Positions 1-10,600 are shown, counted from the stretch's first letter. The stretch is DNA of 64,000 nucleotides from an uncultured Acidobacteriota bacterium (GCA_963840225.1 CAWIYH010000002.1:135934-199933), one strand, 5' to 3'. The notes: a model not told the origin generated them from the letters alone. Made by a program: numbers and translations.

Positions 1-916
1 CGTGGTCGTAGTCGTCCTCGACGATGGCGAAGTGCGCGTCGGCCGCCAGCTGCAGCAGGGCGAGCCGCCTGGACGCGCTCAGCGTGACCGTGGTCGGGAA
101 CTGGCGGTGCGGCGTCAGGTACAACGCCCGGATCGGCTTCGCGCGTGTCGCCCGCTGCAGCGCGGCGACGTCGAGGCCGTGTTCATCGACCGGAATCGGC
201 ACGATGGCGGCTCCCGCCAGCTTGAAGGCCTCCCACGCGGGCCGATAGCCGGGATCTTCGACCGCCACGGCGTCTCCCGGGCCCATCAGCGCTCGAGCCG
301 CAAGCGCAAGCCCCATCTGGCTTCCGCGCGTCAGGAGGATGGACGCCGGGTCGACGGCGAGGCCGCGCGTGGCCGAGAGCATCGAGGCGAGTCCGCGGCG
401 CAGACCCGGAAAGCCGGCGGGGTGGGCGTAGGCGAGCAGGCTTGGCCCGTGCGTCCGAAGAGCCCGTCGATACGCTCTTCCGATCAGGTCGGCCGGCAGG
501 AGCCGGACGTCGGGGCGGGTGCCCGACATCAGAATCGTGCCGGACGGCGCCGACGCCGGGAGTTCGGGCTTCGGCGCACCGGCCAACGGAATGGCCATTC
601 GCCGCGGCATCGCATCGCGCGATCGATCGGCGCTGGCGAATCGCCGCGGTGTCGGCTCCGGCCTCTTCCGGGCGACGAAGGTTCCCGACGCCCGACGGCT
701 GATCAGCCAGCCCTCCGCGATCAGCTCTTCGACGGCCGAGACCACGGTCTGGCGGTGCACGCGCAGCGTCCTGGCGAGCGTACGCGATCCGGCGACCCGA
801 TCGCCCGGGCGCAGACGACCCCGCTCGATCTCGGCCACGATCGCCGAGGCGATCTGCCGGGCCACGGGGACGCCGCGGCGTCGCTCGAGGTCAAGCGTGA
901 ATTCCCAGCGCGCCAT
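1..916 (-). CDS. MocR/PdxR-type transcriptional regulator (GntR wHTH + aminotransferase-like PLP domain); C-terminus runs off the window
   Basis: Absent from the ORF track (no stop in window). Reverse translation from ATG 916-914 gives MARWEFTLDLERRRGVPVARQIASAIVAEIERGRLRPGDRVAGSRTLARTLRVHRQTVVSAVEELIAEGWLISRRASGTFVA. It stays open to nt 2 (...LYLTPHRQFPTTVTLSASRRLALLQLAADAHFAIVEDDYDH) and is colinear with the complete paralog at 15630-17132. Confidence 0.85.
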   Translation of the reverse strand, partial: MARWEFTLDLERRRGVPVARQIASAIVAEIERGRLRPGDRVAGSRTLARTLRVHRQTVVSAVEELIAEGWLISRRASGTFVARKRPEPTPRRFASADRSRDAMPRRMAIPLAGAPKPELPASAPSGTILMSGTRPDVRLLPADLIGRAYRRALRTHGPSLLAYAHPAGFPGLRRGLASMLSATRGLAVDPASILLTRGSQMGLALAARALMGPGDAVAVEDPGYRPAWEAFKLAGAAIVPIPVDEHGLDVAALQRATRAKPIRALYLTPHRQFPTTVTLSASRRLALLQLAADAHFAIVEDDYDH

Positions 917-1079
917 GTGCGTTCGCTCTCCTGTGCGTTCGCTCTGCGTTGAAGCGCCTCGCGCCAGTATACGTTCGAGCGTCGTCTGCCTGGCCCGGTT
1001 CGGTTTCCGGAACTGGTCGATGACGCCCGTTTGTGGCGTCGGCTACGGTACGAGAGTGATCGCGCGAGGCCTACCGCGG

Positions 1080-2090
1080 ATGGCGCTGGGGAAATGGCTT
1101 GGGGCCGCGTGTTTCGTGCTCGCACTGACCGCGGTCCCGGCCCGCGCGGAACAGTCTCCGGGGTCCTCGGCCGATCGCCAGTCGCTCGACGATGCGTGGT
1201 GGACCGGCTCCATGCTGGCAGCGTCGGCGGCGACCCTGCCGCGCGGGCATATCCTGATCGAGCCTTACGTCTACGACGTTACCGTCGGCGGACGTTATGA
1301 CCACGACGGCAAACGGCGGAGCACCCTGCGCTCGGACCGGTTCGGATCCTTGACGTACGCGCTCTACGGTTTAACCGACAGCGTGACGGTCGGGCTGATT
1401 CCCACCGCCGGCTTCAATCGAGTGAGCGAAGGGCCGAGCAGCGCCGGCCTCGGGATTGGGGACGTCACGGTGCACGCCCAGCGTCGCCTCACGCAGTTCC
1501 GCCGCGGGAGCCGGACACCTGCGACTGCTTTCGTCGTACAGGAGACGCTGCCGACCGGGAGGTACGATCGCCTCGGCGAACGGTTGAGCGACGGGCTTGG
1601 CACCGGGGCGTACACCACGACAGTGGCGCTCTTCTCACAGACGTACTTCTGGCTCCCGAACGGACGGATTCTGCGCACGAGGCTCGACGTGTCTCAGGCA
1701 TTTTCGAGCGGCGTGGAGGTCAGGGACAGCAGCGTCTATGGCACGGCGGACGGATTTCGGGGCCGCGCGGAACCAGGCCTGTCGTTTTCAGTCGATGGAT
1801 CCCTTGAGTACAGCCTCTCACGGCGCTGGGTGGCGGCCGTCGACCTCGTGTACCGGCGCGACGGCACTACGAGGGTGACGGGATTCAGCGCGCCGGGTTC
1901 ACACGGGCCGGCCGATCCGCCCGACGTCCTTCTGGATTCCGGTTCCAGCCGGGCGTTCGCCCTGGCGCCCGCCATCGAGTACAGCTGGTCCCCCAGGGTG
2001 GGCATGCTCATCGGCGCCCGCGTCATCGCGGTCGGCCGTAACACCGCCGCCACCGTTACCCCCGCAATTGCCATCAATTTCGTTCACTGA
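1080..2090 (+). CDS. secreted outer-membrane beta-barrel protein (family tentative, MetA-pathway/phenol-degradation-like OMP)
   Basis: In-frame ATG at 1080 inside ORF 519-2090 opens a signal peptide MALGKWLGAACFVLALTAVPARA. The body has an alternating beta-strand-like Gly/Tyr/Ser-rich pattern and ends ...AIAINFVH. The upstream part of the ORF is Arg-rich antisense of the MocR gene. Confidence 0.6.
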   Translation: MALGKWLGAACFVLALTAVPARAEQSPGSSADRQSLDDAWWTGSMLAASAATLPRGHILIEPYVYDVTVGGRYDHDGKRRSTLRSDRFGSLTYALYGLTDSVTVGLIPTAGFNRVSEGPSSAGLGIGDVTVHAQRRLTQFRRGSRTPATAFVVQETLPTGRYDRLGERLSDGLGTGAYTTTVALFSQTYFWLPNGRILRTRLDVSQAFSSGVEVRDSSVYGTADGFRGRAEPGLSFSVDGSLEYSLSRRWVAAVDLVYRRDGTTRVTGFSAPGSHGPADPPDVLLDSGSSRAFALAPAIEYSWSPRVGMLIGARVIAVGRNTAATVTPAIAINFVH

Positions 2091-2360
2091 CTGGCGGTGC
2101 ATCGACCGCCTGACACGTCGAGATTCGTCGAGCTCGTTCGTACGCCGATGAGCGTTCCGCGCCCTTCAGCTCCGCTCCGGTCGGCCAGCGATCTTGCGCA
2201 GTCCTCTGGGACCGACTGCGCCACTCGTCCCGTGGCGGTGCTGCGCCGCCTCCTCGCGCAAGCGGGTACATACGTTGCGAGTGTTCCTTCCATTTCGAAG
2301 AAGTGTCAATCCGGTGCTGCAGACCTGTGAATGGATCGAGAACTGAAGGAGGGACGGAAC

Positions 2361-2570
2361 ATGGCTGACACTTCACACCGCGACGACCGCAACCACCCCG
2401 ACTGGCAGCACGACGTCAAGGGCAAAGGCAACGAGCCGCGGACTCCCCCGGATCGCCGGGAGGTCGAGCGCCGTGCGTACGAGCGGTTCCAGGAGCGGGG
2501 CCGCGAAGACGGACGCGATCAGGAAGACTGGTTCGAGGCCGAACGCGAGGCCCGACAGCGCTCGAAGTAG
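2361..2570 (+). CDS. DUF2934-like small charged protein
   Basis: GGAGG RBS lies just upstream of ATG 2361. The C-terminal motif RRAYERFQERGREDGRDQEDWFEAERE is typical of DUF2934. Confidence 0.7.
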   Translation: MADTSHRDDRNHPDWQHDVKGKGNEPRTPPDRREVERRAYERFQERGREDGRDQEDWFEAEREARQRSK

Positions 2571-2592
2571 TACGGCCCACGGCTCCAGGCGG

Positions 2593-2624
2593 TCCGTCGG
2601 CGCGAGCTCAAGGGCGCCGACGGA
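2593..2624. terminator. GC-rich hairpin between convergent genes (possible bidirectional terminator)
   Basis: CCGTCGGCGC (2594-2603) pairs perfectly with GCGCCGACGG (2614-2623) around a 10-nt loop. No clear U-tract. Confidence 0.35.
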
Positions 2625-2669
2625 TCCTGCAGAGGCGGGCTCCGCACGCTGACAATGGACCTGCTCGAC

Positions 2670-2885
2670 TCAGTTGTCGGCCGGATCTGATCGATCGGGC
2701 TCGAGGGCTTCCGACAGTGCGTCGATCGCGGTCTGATGGGCCTCGACCCGGCGCGCCATCTCGGCGAGATCGAGCCCCTGAAGGTTCCCCGCACCGGCGT
2801 AAATGTCCGGCTGCATCGCGACCAGGTCGTCCCAGCTGCGCCGCGCATCGGCGAATGCGTCGAGCAGCGCGCGGTGATCGTTCAT
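2670..2885 (-). CDS. small hypothetical protein (71 aa)
   Basis: High GC3 in this frame, AGGAGA RBS upstream of ATG 2885, and a non-shadow composition (MNDHRALLDAFADARRSWDDLVAMQPDIYAGAGNLQGLDLAEM...). Confidence 0.55.
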   Translation of the reverse strand: MNDHRALLDAFADARRSWDDLVAMQPDIYAGAGNLQGLDLAEMARRVEAHQTAIDALSEALEPDRSDPADN

Positions 2886-2998
2886 CCAAGTCTCCTGTCG
2901 TGCCAGCCACTCGAGCGTGGCCAGCTGTGGCGATCCCTATCGTGCAGGACTCGTTCCGCCTGGCGCCGGGACTTCCGACGAGGGTCGAACGGTCGTGC

Positions 2999-3026
2999 TT
3001 GACAGATGCCCATATAGGCATATGAT
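2999..3026 (+). promoter_or_regulatory. sigma-70-type promoter TTGACA-N16-TATGAT with embedded inverted repeat ATGCC-N6-GGCAT
   Basis: TTGACA is at 2999-3004 and TATGAT at 3021-3026. The palindrome ATGCCcatataGGCAT (3006-3021) sits in the spacer. This is an AT-rich island in GC-rich DNA immediately upstream of the ArsR-family gene. Confidence 0.45.
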
Positions 3027-3029
3027 CGG

Positions 3030-3356
3030 ATGTCGATGCCACGCGCCGCGACACGGTCCGACGCGTTCAACGCCATCGCTGAACCCCGCCGTCGAGACAT
3101 CCTGGACTATCTCGCCGCTCGCGAGCACCCGGTCGGAGACATCGTCGAGGCGCTGGGGCTCGCTCAGCCGTCGGTCTCCAAGCACCTTCGGGTGCTTCTC
3201 GATGTCGGACTGGTCGAGGTGAGGCGCGACGGACGGCAGGCGTTCTATCGCACCAACCCGGAGCGGATCAGGCCGCTGCACGAGTGGGCCGGCCGGTTCG
3301 AGCGCTACTGGCGGCGTCAGCTCACGAGGGTGAAGGAGCGGGCCGAGCGGCCGTAG
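3030..3356 (+). CDS. ArsR/SmtB-family transcriptional regulator (contains no Cys)
   Basis: AEPRRRDILDYLAAREHPVGDIVEALGLAQPSVSKHLRVLLDVGLVEVRRDGRQAFYR is a canonical ArsR wHTH. Confidence 0.9.
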   Translation: MSMPRAATRSDAFNAIAEPRRRDILDYLAAREHPVGDIVEALGLAQPSVSKHLRVLLDVGLVEVRRDGRQAFYRTNPERIRPLHEWAGRFERYWRRQLTRVKERAERP

Positions 3357-3387
3357 CCGATCGACAAGAAGGCCAGGAGGACAGCAC

Positions 3388-3837
3388 ATGACCGCCATCG
3401 CACCACCGCTCGACAACGTGTCACTCGACGTCACCGAGGAGATTCTCGTACGCGCGCCGCTCGACGCGGCGTTCGCTGCCCTGCTCGAGGAGATGGGGCC
3501 GTCGAACGAGGGGCACAACCGCACGCCGATGCCGATGACGCTGGAGCCATGGCCCGGCGGCCGGTGGTTCCGCGACCTCGGCGAAGGCAACGGCCACCTG
3601 TGGGGCCACGTGCAGGCCATCAAGCGGCCGGCGCTGCTCGAGATCGCCGGCCCATTGATGATGTCCTTTGCCGTGGCGTCAAACCTCCAGTACCGGCTCA
3701 AGGAGACCGACGGCGGCACCTTGATCACCCTGCGTCACACGGCGCTCGGGTTGTTTCCCGACGGATACCGCGAGGCGCTCACGCAAGGCTGGACGCAACT
3801 GTTCGACCGCATCCGGAGCCGCCTCGAGACGGTCTGA
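3388..3837 (+). CDS. SRPBCC / AHSA1 (Aha1-like) domain protein
   Basis: The ArsR-SRPBCC pairing is typical. Motifs seen are EILVRAPLDAAFAAL, PWPGGRWF and GHVQAIKRPALLE. AGGAGG RBS present. Confidence 0.85.
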   Translation: MTAIAPPLDNVSLDVTEEILVRAPLDAAFAALLEEMGPSNEGHNRTPMPMTLEPWPGGRWFRDLGEGNGHLWGHVQAIKRPALLEIAGPLMMSFAVASNLQYRLKETDGGTLITLRHTALGLFPDGYREALTQGWTQLFDRIRSRLETV

Positions 3838-3868
3838 CGCGGCTCGCCGCCGCAAGAGGGAGAGAGCG

Positions 3869-4375
3869 ATGTCGATGATAGACGGGATGCTGCAGGAGCT
3901 CGACCAGGAAGCGCAGACGACGCGCCGCGTGCTCGAGCGGGTGCCGGACGACCGCCTCGACTGGCGGCCGCATGAAAAGGCGAGGACGCTTGGCCAGCTC
4001 GCACTGCACGTGGCCATCACGCCGGGCGGTGTCGCTCAACTGGCCGCCTCTCCGTCACCGGCTCAGGCGCCGGATTTCTCCGGTCCCGAACCGAGCCCGA
4101 AGCGCGCGTCAGAGCTCGTTCCCGCGCTCGAGGAGAGCATCGCCACGGCGAAGCGGACGCTCGGCGGGCTCGACGATGCCACCCTCACGGCGACCTGGCG
4201 GCTCATGCGAGGCGAGCGGGACCTGATGGCGATTCCCCGCGTGGCGTTTCTGCGGTCGATCATGCTCAATCACTGGTATCACCACCGGGGCCAGCTGACC
4301 GTGTACCTGCGGGAGCTCGGTGTGCCGATCCCGTCGATCTACGGGCCGAGCGCCGACGAGAACCCCTTCGTCTGA
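3869..4375 (+). CDS. DinB-family protein
   Basis: RRVLERVPDDRLDWRPHEKARTLGQLALHV ... MLNHWYHHRGQLTVYLRELGVPIPSIYGPS matches the DinB four-helix pattern. Confidence 0.85.
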   Translation: MSMIDGMLQELDQEAQTTRRVLERVPDDRLDWRPHEKARTLGQLALHVAITPGGVAQLAASPSPAQAPDFSGPEPSPKRASELVPALEESIATAKRTLGGLDDATLTATWRLMRGERDLMAIPRVAFLRSIMLNHWYHHRGQLTVYLRELGVPIPSIYGPSADENPFV

Positions 4376-4448
4376 CCTGGCATCGTGCAAACAGTCTGCG
4401 GGCCCTCGGCACCGGCAATCACCCTAGAATCAGCACAGGGGAGGGCGC

Positions 4449-4976
4449 ATGGCCGAGACGCACAGCCTGGTGGCCGAGATCGCGCGGCTGAACACTATTG
4501 AACGTCAGATCATCGACAGGTTCATCCACCGGCAGCGCGCGACGCGCGGTCCGTCCACCGGGGAAGCGTCGGCCGGCGACCGCGTGGCGGACCGCGTGGC
4601 CGCATTCGGGGGCAGCTGGAGCTTCATCCTGCTGGCAGTTGGCGCCATCTTCGTCTGGATGCTGATCAACGCCGCGCTGGCCAGGCCGTTCGATCCGTAT
4701 CCGTACATCCTCCTGAACCTGGTCCTGTCGTGCGTGGCGGCCCTCCAGGCGCCGATCATCATGATGAGTCAGAACCGTCAGGCGGCCCGCGATCGCCTCG
4801 ACGCGCAGCACGACTACGAGGTGAACACCAGGGCGGAGCTCGAGATCATGGCACTGCATGCAAAGCTCGACGAAATCCGCGAGCGGAAGTGGGTCGAGCT
4901 GATGAAGGTCCAGGACGAGCAGCTCGCGCTGCTGGAGCAGGTTTCGCGTCCGGGCAACACGTCGGCGGAACCGTGA
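4449..4976 (+). CDS. DUF1003 membrane protein
   Basis: Two TM helices followed by LQAPIIMMSQNRQAARDRLDAQHDYEVNTRAELEIMALHAKLDEI. Confidence 0.85.
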   Translation: MAETHSLVAEIARLNTIERQIIDRFIHRQRATRGPSTGEASAGDRVADRVAAFGGSWSFILLAVGAIFVWMLINAALARPFDPYPYILLNLVLSCVAALQAPIIMMSQNRQAARDRLDAQHDYEVNTRAELEIMALHAKLDEIRERKWVELMKVQDEQLALLEQVSRPGNTSAEP

Positions 4977-5164
4977 GGGGACCGGTCGCCGGTTCCTCCG
5001 GGCGACGGGCCGATCCTCGTGGTGCACATCGTTCGAGCCGTACGTCGGTTTCCGGCCGGAAACGTGACACACGATTCGCTCGTCGACTCGCGCGTCCGTC
5101 CCGGCCGAAGTCCTCAACGGCGTCTGGCGCGGGTTAGGGACGCGAGGTTCGTCCCGGCTGAGGC

Positions 5165-5533
5165 TCAGCGGCCCGGCTGCTGGTAAAGGCCGATCACGTT
5201 CCCGCCGGGGTCGCGGAATCTCGCGGTAATCTCCGGCGCGTCGGCGCCTATCGGCTGCACGATCTCGCCGCCGTTGGCCACGATCGCGTCCACGGTCGCG
5301 GCCACGCTGTCGACCATGATGTAGACGAGAAGGCCTGGCGTCGAGGCCGGCGGCCTGCGGAGGACCCAGGTCCCGCTCACCTCGCCGGCGCCGTCGTCAA
5401 ACGCCGTGCTGCCGTCGCCGCGGCGCCTGATGTTCCATCCGAACACCTTGACGTAGAAATCGGCCGAGCGCGCGACGTCGGTCGCGGGCATCTCGATGTA
5501 ACAGATCTTGCCATTGGCAAACGTGGGCGGCAT
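5165..5533 (-). CDS. VOC/glyoxalase-family protein
   Basis: ICYIEMPATDVARSADFYVKVFGWNI ... ARFRDPGGNVIGLYQ. Confidence 0.9.
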   Translation of the reverse strand: MPPTFANGKICYIEMPATDVARSADFYVKVFGWNIRRRGDGSTAFDDGAGEVSGTWVLRRPPASTPGLLVYIMVDSVAATVDAIVANGGEIVQPIGADAPEITARFRDPGGNVIGLYQQPGR

Positions 5534-5551
5534 TGTCGCTCCTTGCGGAAG

Positions 5552-5755
5552 TCAGGACACTCGAGCCGGACGTCGGTGCGCTCGGCCGCCGTCGGGCTTC
5601 TCTCCGGCAGCGGCGGTTCCCTGCGGCCGTCTTGGCGGACGGCTCGACTCCCGGAACTCCGACGGCGTGCAGCCGAACGCCCGGCGGAAGGCCGCTGCGA
5701 CGTGAAGGGGCACGCCTTCGACGCGCTCCACCCCACATTCTAGAACGCCGCACCC
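5552..5755 (-). pseudogene. remnant of an AraC-family regulator C-terminus (no start codon)
   Basis: The minus frame between TGA 5758-5756 and TGA 5554-5552 reads ...VLECGVERVEGVPLHVAAAFRRAFGCTPSEFRESSRP. This is the second HTH of AraC proteins. No Met is present and it is not in the ORF track. Confidence 0.45.
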
Positions 5756-5972
5756 TCATGTCCGGCCGACGGGTCGTGCCACGGGTTCCTCTGGCAAGGG
5801 GGCGCGTTGATCGATCTCGACACGCTGGTGAAGTCCGGCTACGGCCTGATCGAGACCGCCCAGGACATCAACGACGCCGGTTCACCGTCGGCCTTGAGAC
5901 GGGGTGCGGCACGGCCGGAGGAGGCCGGCCGCGCCGCGCGAGAGGCCGCGAATCCCTGCCTACGCGGATTGA

Positions 5973-7595
5973 CTAGATTCCGCCGCCCGGTCGGGTGACA
6001 ACCGACTGAGTGTCCGACGCCGACGCAGCCGCCGACGACGAGGGGCCGGCCTGCTGCACGGCCTCGAAGTCGACGAGCGCCAGGTCGTAGGCCAGGATGG
6101 CCGCCAGCTCGCTCGTCTTCGCCTGCGTCAGGTCGCGCTGAGCCTGGATCACGAGAAAGCTCGTCGACATCCCGACGTCGAAGCGCTTGCGCTCGGCGTC
6201 CAGCCGCTCTTCGGCAAGCACCCGCGCCGCGCGCGTGGTCTCGATGCGCTTGGCGTTCATGCCGATCTTCCGCCACGCATCGCGGACCTGCTGCACGGCC
6301 CTCGACGCGTCGGCCTTCAGCCGCTCGGCCGACTGCCGCTGCTCGAGGCGGGCCCGGGCGTAGTTGGCGTCCTCGGTCGCCTGGCCGAGCGGATAGTTCA
6401 CGCTGACCCCCACCGTCCACGTCGGGTAGTCGTTGCTGAAGACCTGGTTCAGCACCGACCCGAAGTCGACGCCCGGGCCGGCGCCGATCACGTTGCCGGG
6501 GAACCCGCCGTCGCGCAGCAGCTGCGTGCCGCCGAGGCCGCTGGCGAGGTAGCTGGCGTTCACCCGCACGTCGGGCAGGCGCTGATTGCGCGTGAACTTC
6601 ACGCCGATGCCCGAGCTCTCGATGTCCTTGCGGGCGCGCGCGAGGTCGGCGCGGTCGCGGAGCGCGTTGGTCACGGCGGCGTCGAGGTCGGGCGACGCGA
6701 GGCCGACGGGCGGGGAGTCCACGGGCTGGATCTGCACGTTCCAGACGCTCCGATCGCTCGTGTCGAAGATGAGCGTGCGAAGCTGGTCCTCGATCTCCTT
6801 GACGGTCGTCTCGGCGATGATGACCTGCTCCTGATCCGCGGCGGCCTCCGCCTGGGCCGACACGAGATCGAGCGGCGGCGACTGGCCGACGTCGACCTTG
6901 GCCCGGTTCACCCGCACGAGCTCCTGCGCCAGCTCGAGCGCCGACTTGCGCGCGCCCACGTTGGAAATGGCGGACACGAGGTTCCAGTACGCGCTCTTCA
7001 CGTCCGCCGTCGTGTGCACGATCGCCTCGCGCAGCCGGGTGTCGGCCACGTCGCGATCGATGCGGCTCTCGGCCACCTGCTGCCGCGCGGGGTCGATCGC
7101 CAGGTCCCGCAGGAGCGGCTGCGACACGTCCAGCTCGAGGCCCGACTGCAGAACCGGGTTGTAGCTGTTGAGGACGCTGTCGCTGTTGGTGTGGGTCGCG
7201 TTCCACGACAGGCTGTACGACGTCCCGAACCAGGGCAGCTTCTGGTCGAAGCCCACTTTCGAGGTGACCGCGTCGGTGCGCGTGGCGGTCGGGACGAGAA
7301 AGCTCGCGGGCGGCTGGAGCTGGTTGTTCCGCTGCAGGCGCGTGTTGAAGACCGGCCGGAACGCCCCGGCGGCGGCCGCCACGCTCGTGTCGCCAATCTG
7401 CGGGTCCAGGCGCGCCGCGGCAAGGTCGACGTTGTGGTCGATCGCCATCCTGACGGCGTCGTCCACCGACAGGCGCAGCGTGGCCGGCGCGGCCGATCCA
7501 GCCGGCGCCGGGGTCTGGGGCGCGGCCGGCGCCTGCCCGTGCAGGGTCGCGGCCACGCCGGCCCAGATGAGTGCGGTCAGAAGTCTTCTCTGCAT
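5973..7595 (-). CDS. TolC-like outer-membrane efflux factor
   Basis: ATG 7595 opens a signal peptide MQRRLLTALIWAGVAATLHGQ. There are two OEP repeats (LSVDDAVRMAIDHNVDLAAARLD..., LDAAVTNALRDRADLARARKD...). It lies directly downstream of the RND gene. Confidence 0.9.
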   Translation of the reverse strand: MQRRLLTALIWAGVAATLHGQAPAAPQTPAPAGSAAPATLRLSVDDAVRMAIDHNVDLAAARLDPQIGDTSVAAAAGAFRPVFNTRLQRNNQLQPPASFLVPTATRTDAVTSKVGFDQKLPWFGTSYSLSWNATHTNSDSVLNSYNPVLQSGLELDVSQPLLRDLAIDPARQQVAESRIDRDVADTRLREAIVHTTADVKSAYWNLVSAISNVGARKSALELAQELVRVNRAKVDVGQSPPLDLVSAQAEAAADQEQVIIAETTVKEIEDQLRTLIFDTSDRSVWNVQIQPVDSPPVGLASPDLDAAVTNALRDRADLARARKDIESSGIGVKFTRNQRLPDVRVNASYLASGLGGTQLLRDGGFPGNVIGAGPGVDFGSVLNQVFSNDYPTWTVGVSVNYPLGQATEDANYARARLEQRQSAERLKADASRAVQQVRDAWRKIGMNAKRIETTRAARVLAEERLDAERKRFDVGMSTSFLVIQAQRDLTQAKTSELAAILAYDLALVDFEAVQQAGPSSSAAASASDTQSVVTRPGGGI

Positions 7596-7610
7596 GTTGC
7601 CGATCCCCAA

Positions 7611-10600
7611 TCAGGAAGGAGCCCCGACCAGTTCGGGCTCCTCGGCCGCCGGCGCGGCATCCACCACCCGAGCGACGGCTCTGTGTGTCCGGGCGACGAG
7701 CACGTAGATCGACGGCACGATGAACAGGGTGAAGGCGGAGCCGATCACCATGCCCGTCACCAGCATCATGCCGATGCTGTTGCGCGCTCCGGCCCCGGGA
7801 CCCGTCGCAAAGACCAGCGGCAGATGGCCCATGACGGTCGCCGCCGTCGTCATCAGGATCGGCCGCAGCCGCGTCGAGGCGGCCTCGACGACCGCCGCCA
7901 GGCGATCCCGCCCCTGTTCCTGGAGCTTGTTGGCGAACTCCACGATCAGGATGCCGTTCTTGGACACCAGGCCGACGAGCGTGATGAGGCCGATCTGGCT
8001 GTAGATGTTGAGCGTCGTCAGCCCGAGAAACGAGAACATGAGCGCGCCCGACAGGGCGAGCGGCACCGACCCGGCCAGGATGATGAACGGGTCGCGGAAG
8101 CTCTCGAACTGGGCGGCGAGCACCAGGTAGATCAGGATGCCGGACAGGGCGAACGTGCCGAGGAAGTGGCCGCCCTCGGTCCGAAGCTGCCGCGACTGCC
8201 CGGCGTAGTCGATCGTGAAGCCCTGTCCCGGCGGCAGGATGCGGTGCGCCTCGTCTTCGAGGACGCGGAGCGCGCTGTCGAGCGAGACGGGCGGAGGGAT
8301 GACGCCCTGGATGCGGACGGCGTTCAGCTGCTGGAAGCGCTTCAGCTCCCGCGGCTGGGTCGAGGTCTGGAGCGTCGCGAACGTCGACAGCGGAACCAGC
8401 CGGTGATCCGCGCCGGTCACGTACAGGTCCTTCAGCTGATCGGGCGTCAGCCGCCCCGAGCGCTCGATCTGCGGAATCACCTTGTAGCTGCGCCCCTGCA
8501 CGCTGAAGCGGTTCACGTAGTCGCCGCCGAGGAAGGTCGAGAGGTCCTGGCCGGCCTGCGAGAGATCGACCCCCTGCGACCGCAGCTTGTCGCGATCGAA
8601 GACGACCTCGGTCTGCGGCTGGTCGAACTTGAGGTCGGCGTCGGCGAACATGAACAACCCGCTCGACATCGCCTTTTCGACGAGGTCCTTCGCGATGGGC
8701 ACCAGCCGCTCCGGTTCCGCCGTCGAGGCGACGACGAAGTCCACGGGAAAGTCTCCACCGCCGGGGAGCGCCGGAGGCACGGTCGAGATGACGCGCACGC
8801 CCGGAATCTTCGCCAGCCGCGCGGCCGCCTCCACCTGCAGCTCGTTCGTCGTCTTCGTCCGTTCGTCCCACGGCTTGGTCACCATGCCGCCGAATCCGCC
8901 GGCCGGCGAGGTGATCTGGAAGATGCTCTCCGCCTCCGGGAACGACCGGTACACGTCGTGGACCTTTGCGGCGAAGAGCTTCGTCTGGTCGAGCGTCGCG
9001 TTCGGCGCCGCCTGGACGATGCCGAACACCACGCTCTGGTCCTCGGTCGGCGCCAGCTCCTTCTGCGAGAACATGTAGAAGGGCACGATCAGCAGGGCGA
9101 CGATCGCCCACAGGACCAGCACGACCGGCCGGTAGTTCAGCGTGCCCTGGAGCAGGCGGGCGTAGCCGCGCCGCACCCGGTCGAACCGACGATTGATCCA
9201 GCCCGCGAAGCCGCGCTCGGCGTCTCCCGCGCGCAGCAGCCGGGAGGACATCATCGGCGACAGCGTCAGCGCGACGACGCCGGAGACGACGACGGCGCCG
9301 GCCAGCGTGAAGGCGAACTCCCGGAAGAGCGCGCCGGTCAGCCCGCCCTGGAGACCGATGGGCGCGTAGACGGCCGCCAGCGTGATCGTCATCGCGATGA
9401 TCGGGCCGACCAGCTCGCGGGCGGCGGCGAGGGCCGCCTGGACCGGCTTGTGCCCGAGCTCCAGGTGCCGTTCGACGTCCTCCACCACCACGATCGCGTC
9501 GTCGACGACGAGGCCGACCGACAGCACGATGGCGAGCAGCGTCAGCAGGTTGATCGTGAAGCCCGCGACCAGCATCAGGAAGACCGCGCCGACGAGCGAG
9601 ATCGGGATGGCGATTGCCGGAATGAGCACCGACCGCGGCGACCCCAGGAACAGGAAGATCACGACGATGACGATGAGAAGCGTCTCGGTCAGCGTCGAGA
9701 AGACTTCGTGGATGGCGTCCTGGATATACCGGGTCGAGTCGTACGGAATCCCCGCCGTCATGCCCGCCGGCAGCTGGGCCTGGATCTCCTTCATCGCCTC
9801 GCGGACCCGGGCGATCACGTCGAGAGAGTTCGCCGTCGGCAGCACCCAGACGCCGATGAAGGTCGAGTTCTGACCGTTGAACCGCACGTCCGAGTCGTAG
9901 TTCTCGGCTCCCAGCACGACGTCGGCGATCTCGCCCAGCCGGACCACGACCCCCTTGTCCTGCTTCACGACCAGCTGCTTGAACTCGTCGGCCGTCTGGA
10001 GGTTCGTGTTGGCAATCAGGTTCACCGACACCATCGAGCCCTTCGTCTTGCCGAGTGCGGCAAGGTAGTTGTTGTTCGACAGCGCCGCCCGCACCTCGGA
10101 GGGCGAGATCCCGAGGGCGGCCATCTTGTCGGGCTTGAGCCAGATCCGCATCGCGAAGGTGCGATCGTTGAGGATGTCCGCGCGCTGGACGCCGCTGATG
10201 GCGGAGAGCTTCGGCTGCACCACCCGGGTGAGGTAGTCGGTGATCTGGTTCTGGTCGAGATCGCTCGAGGAGAACCCGAGATAGATCGCGGCGAACTGGT
10301 TGTCCGCCGTCTCGAGCTCGATGACCGGCGCCTCGGCCTCCGGCGGCAGGTTGTTGCGCACCTGCGCGACCTTGGCCTGAATCTGCGTCAGCGCCGCGTT
10401 CGTGTCGTAGTTGAGCTTGAGGTGCACGGTAATCGTGCTCACCCCCTGTGCGCTCGACGACTCGAGGTAGTCGATGCCGTCGGCGCTCGCGATCACCCGC
10501 TCGAGCGGCGTGGTGATGAAGCCGCGCACGAGATTCGCGTTGGCGCCGACGTACGCGGTCGTCACGGTCACCACCGCGATGTCGCTGCGGGGTACTGCCG

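Noticed and set aside
519-2090. The 523-aa ORF taken as a single protein.
   Set aside because: The first 187 codons are Arg-rich antisense of the MocR gene. The signal peptide and coherent sequence begin at ATG 1080.
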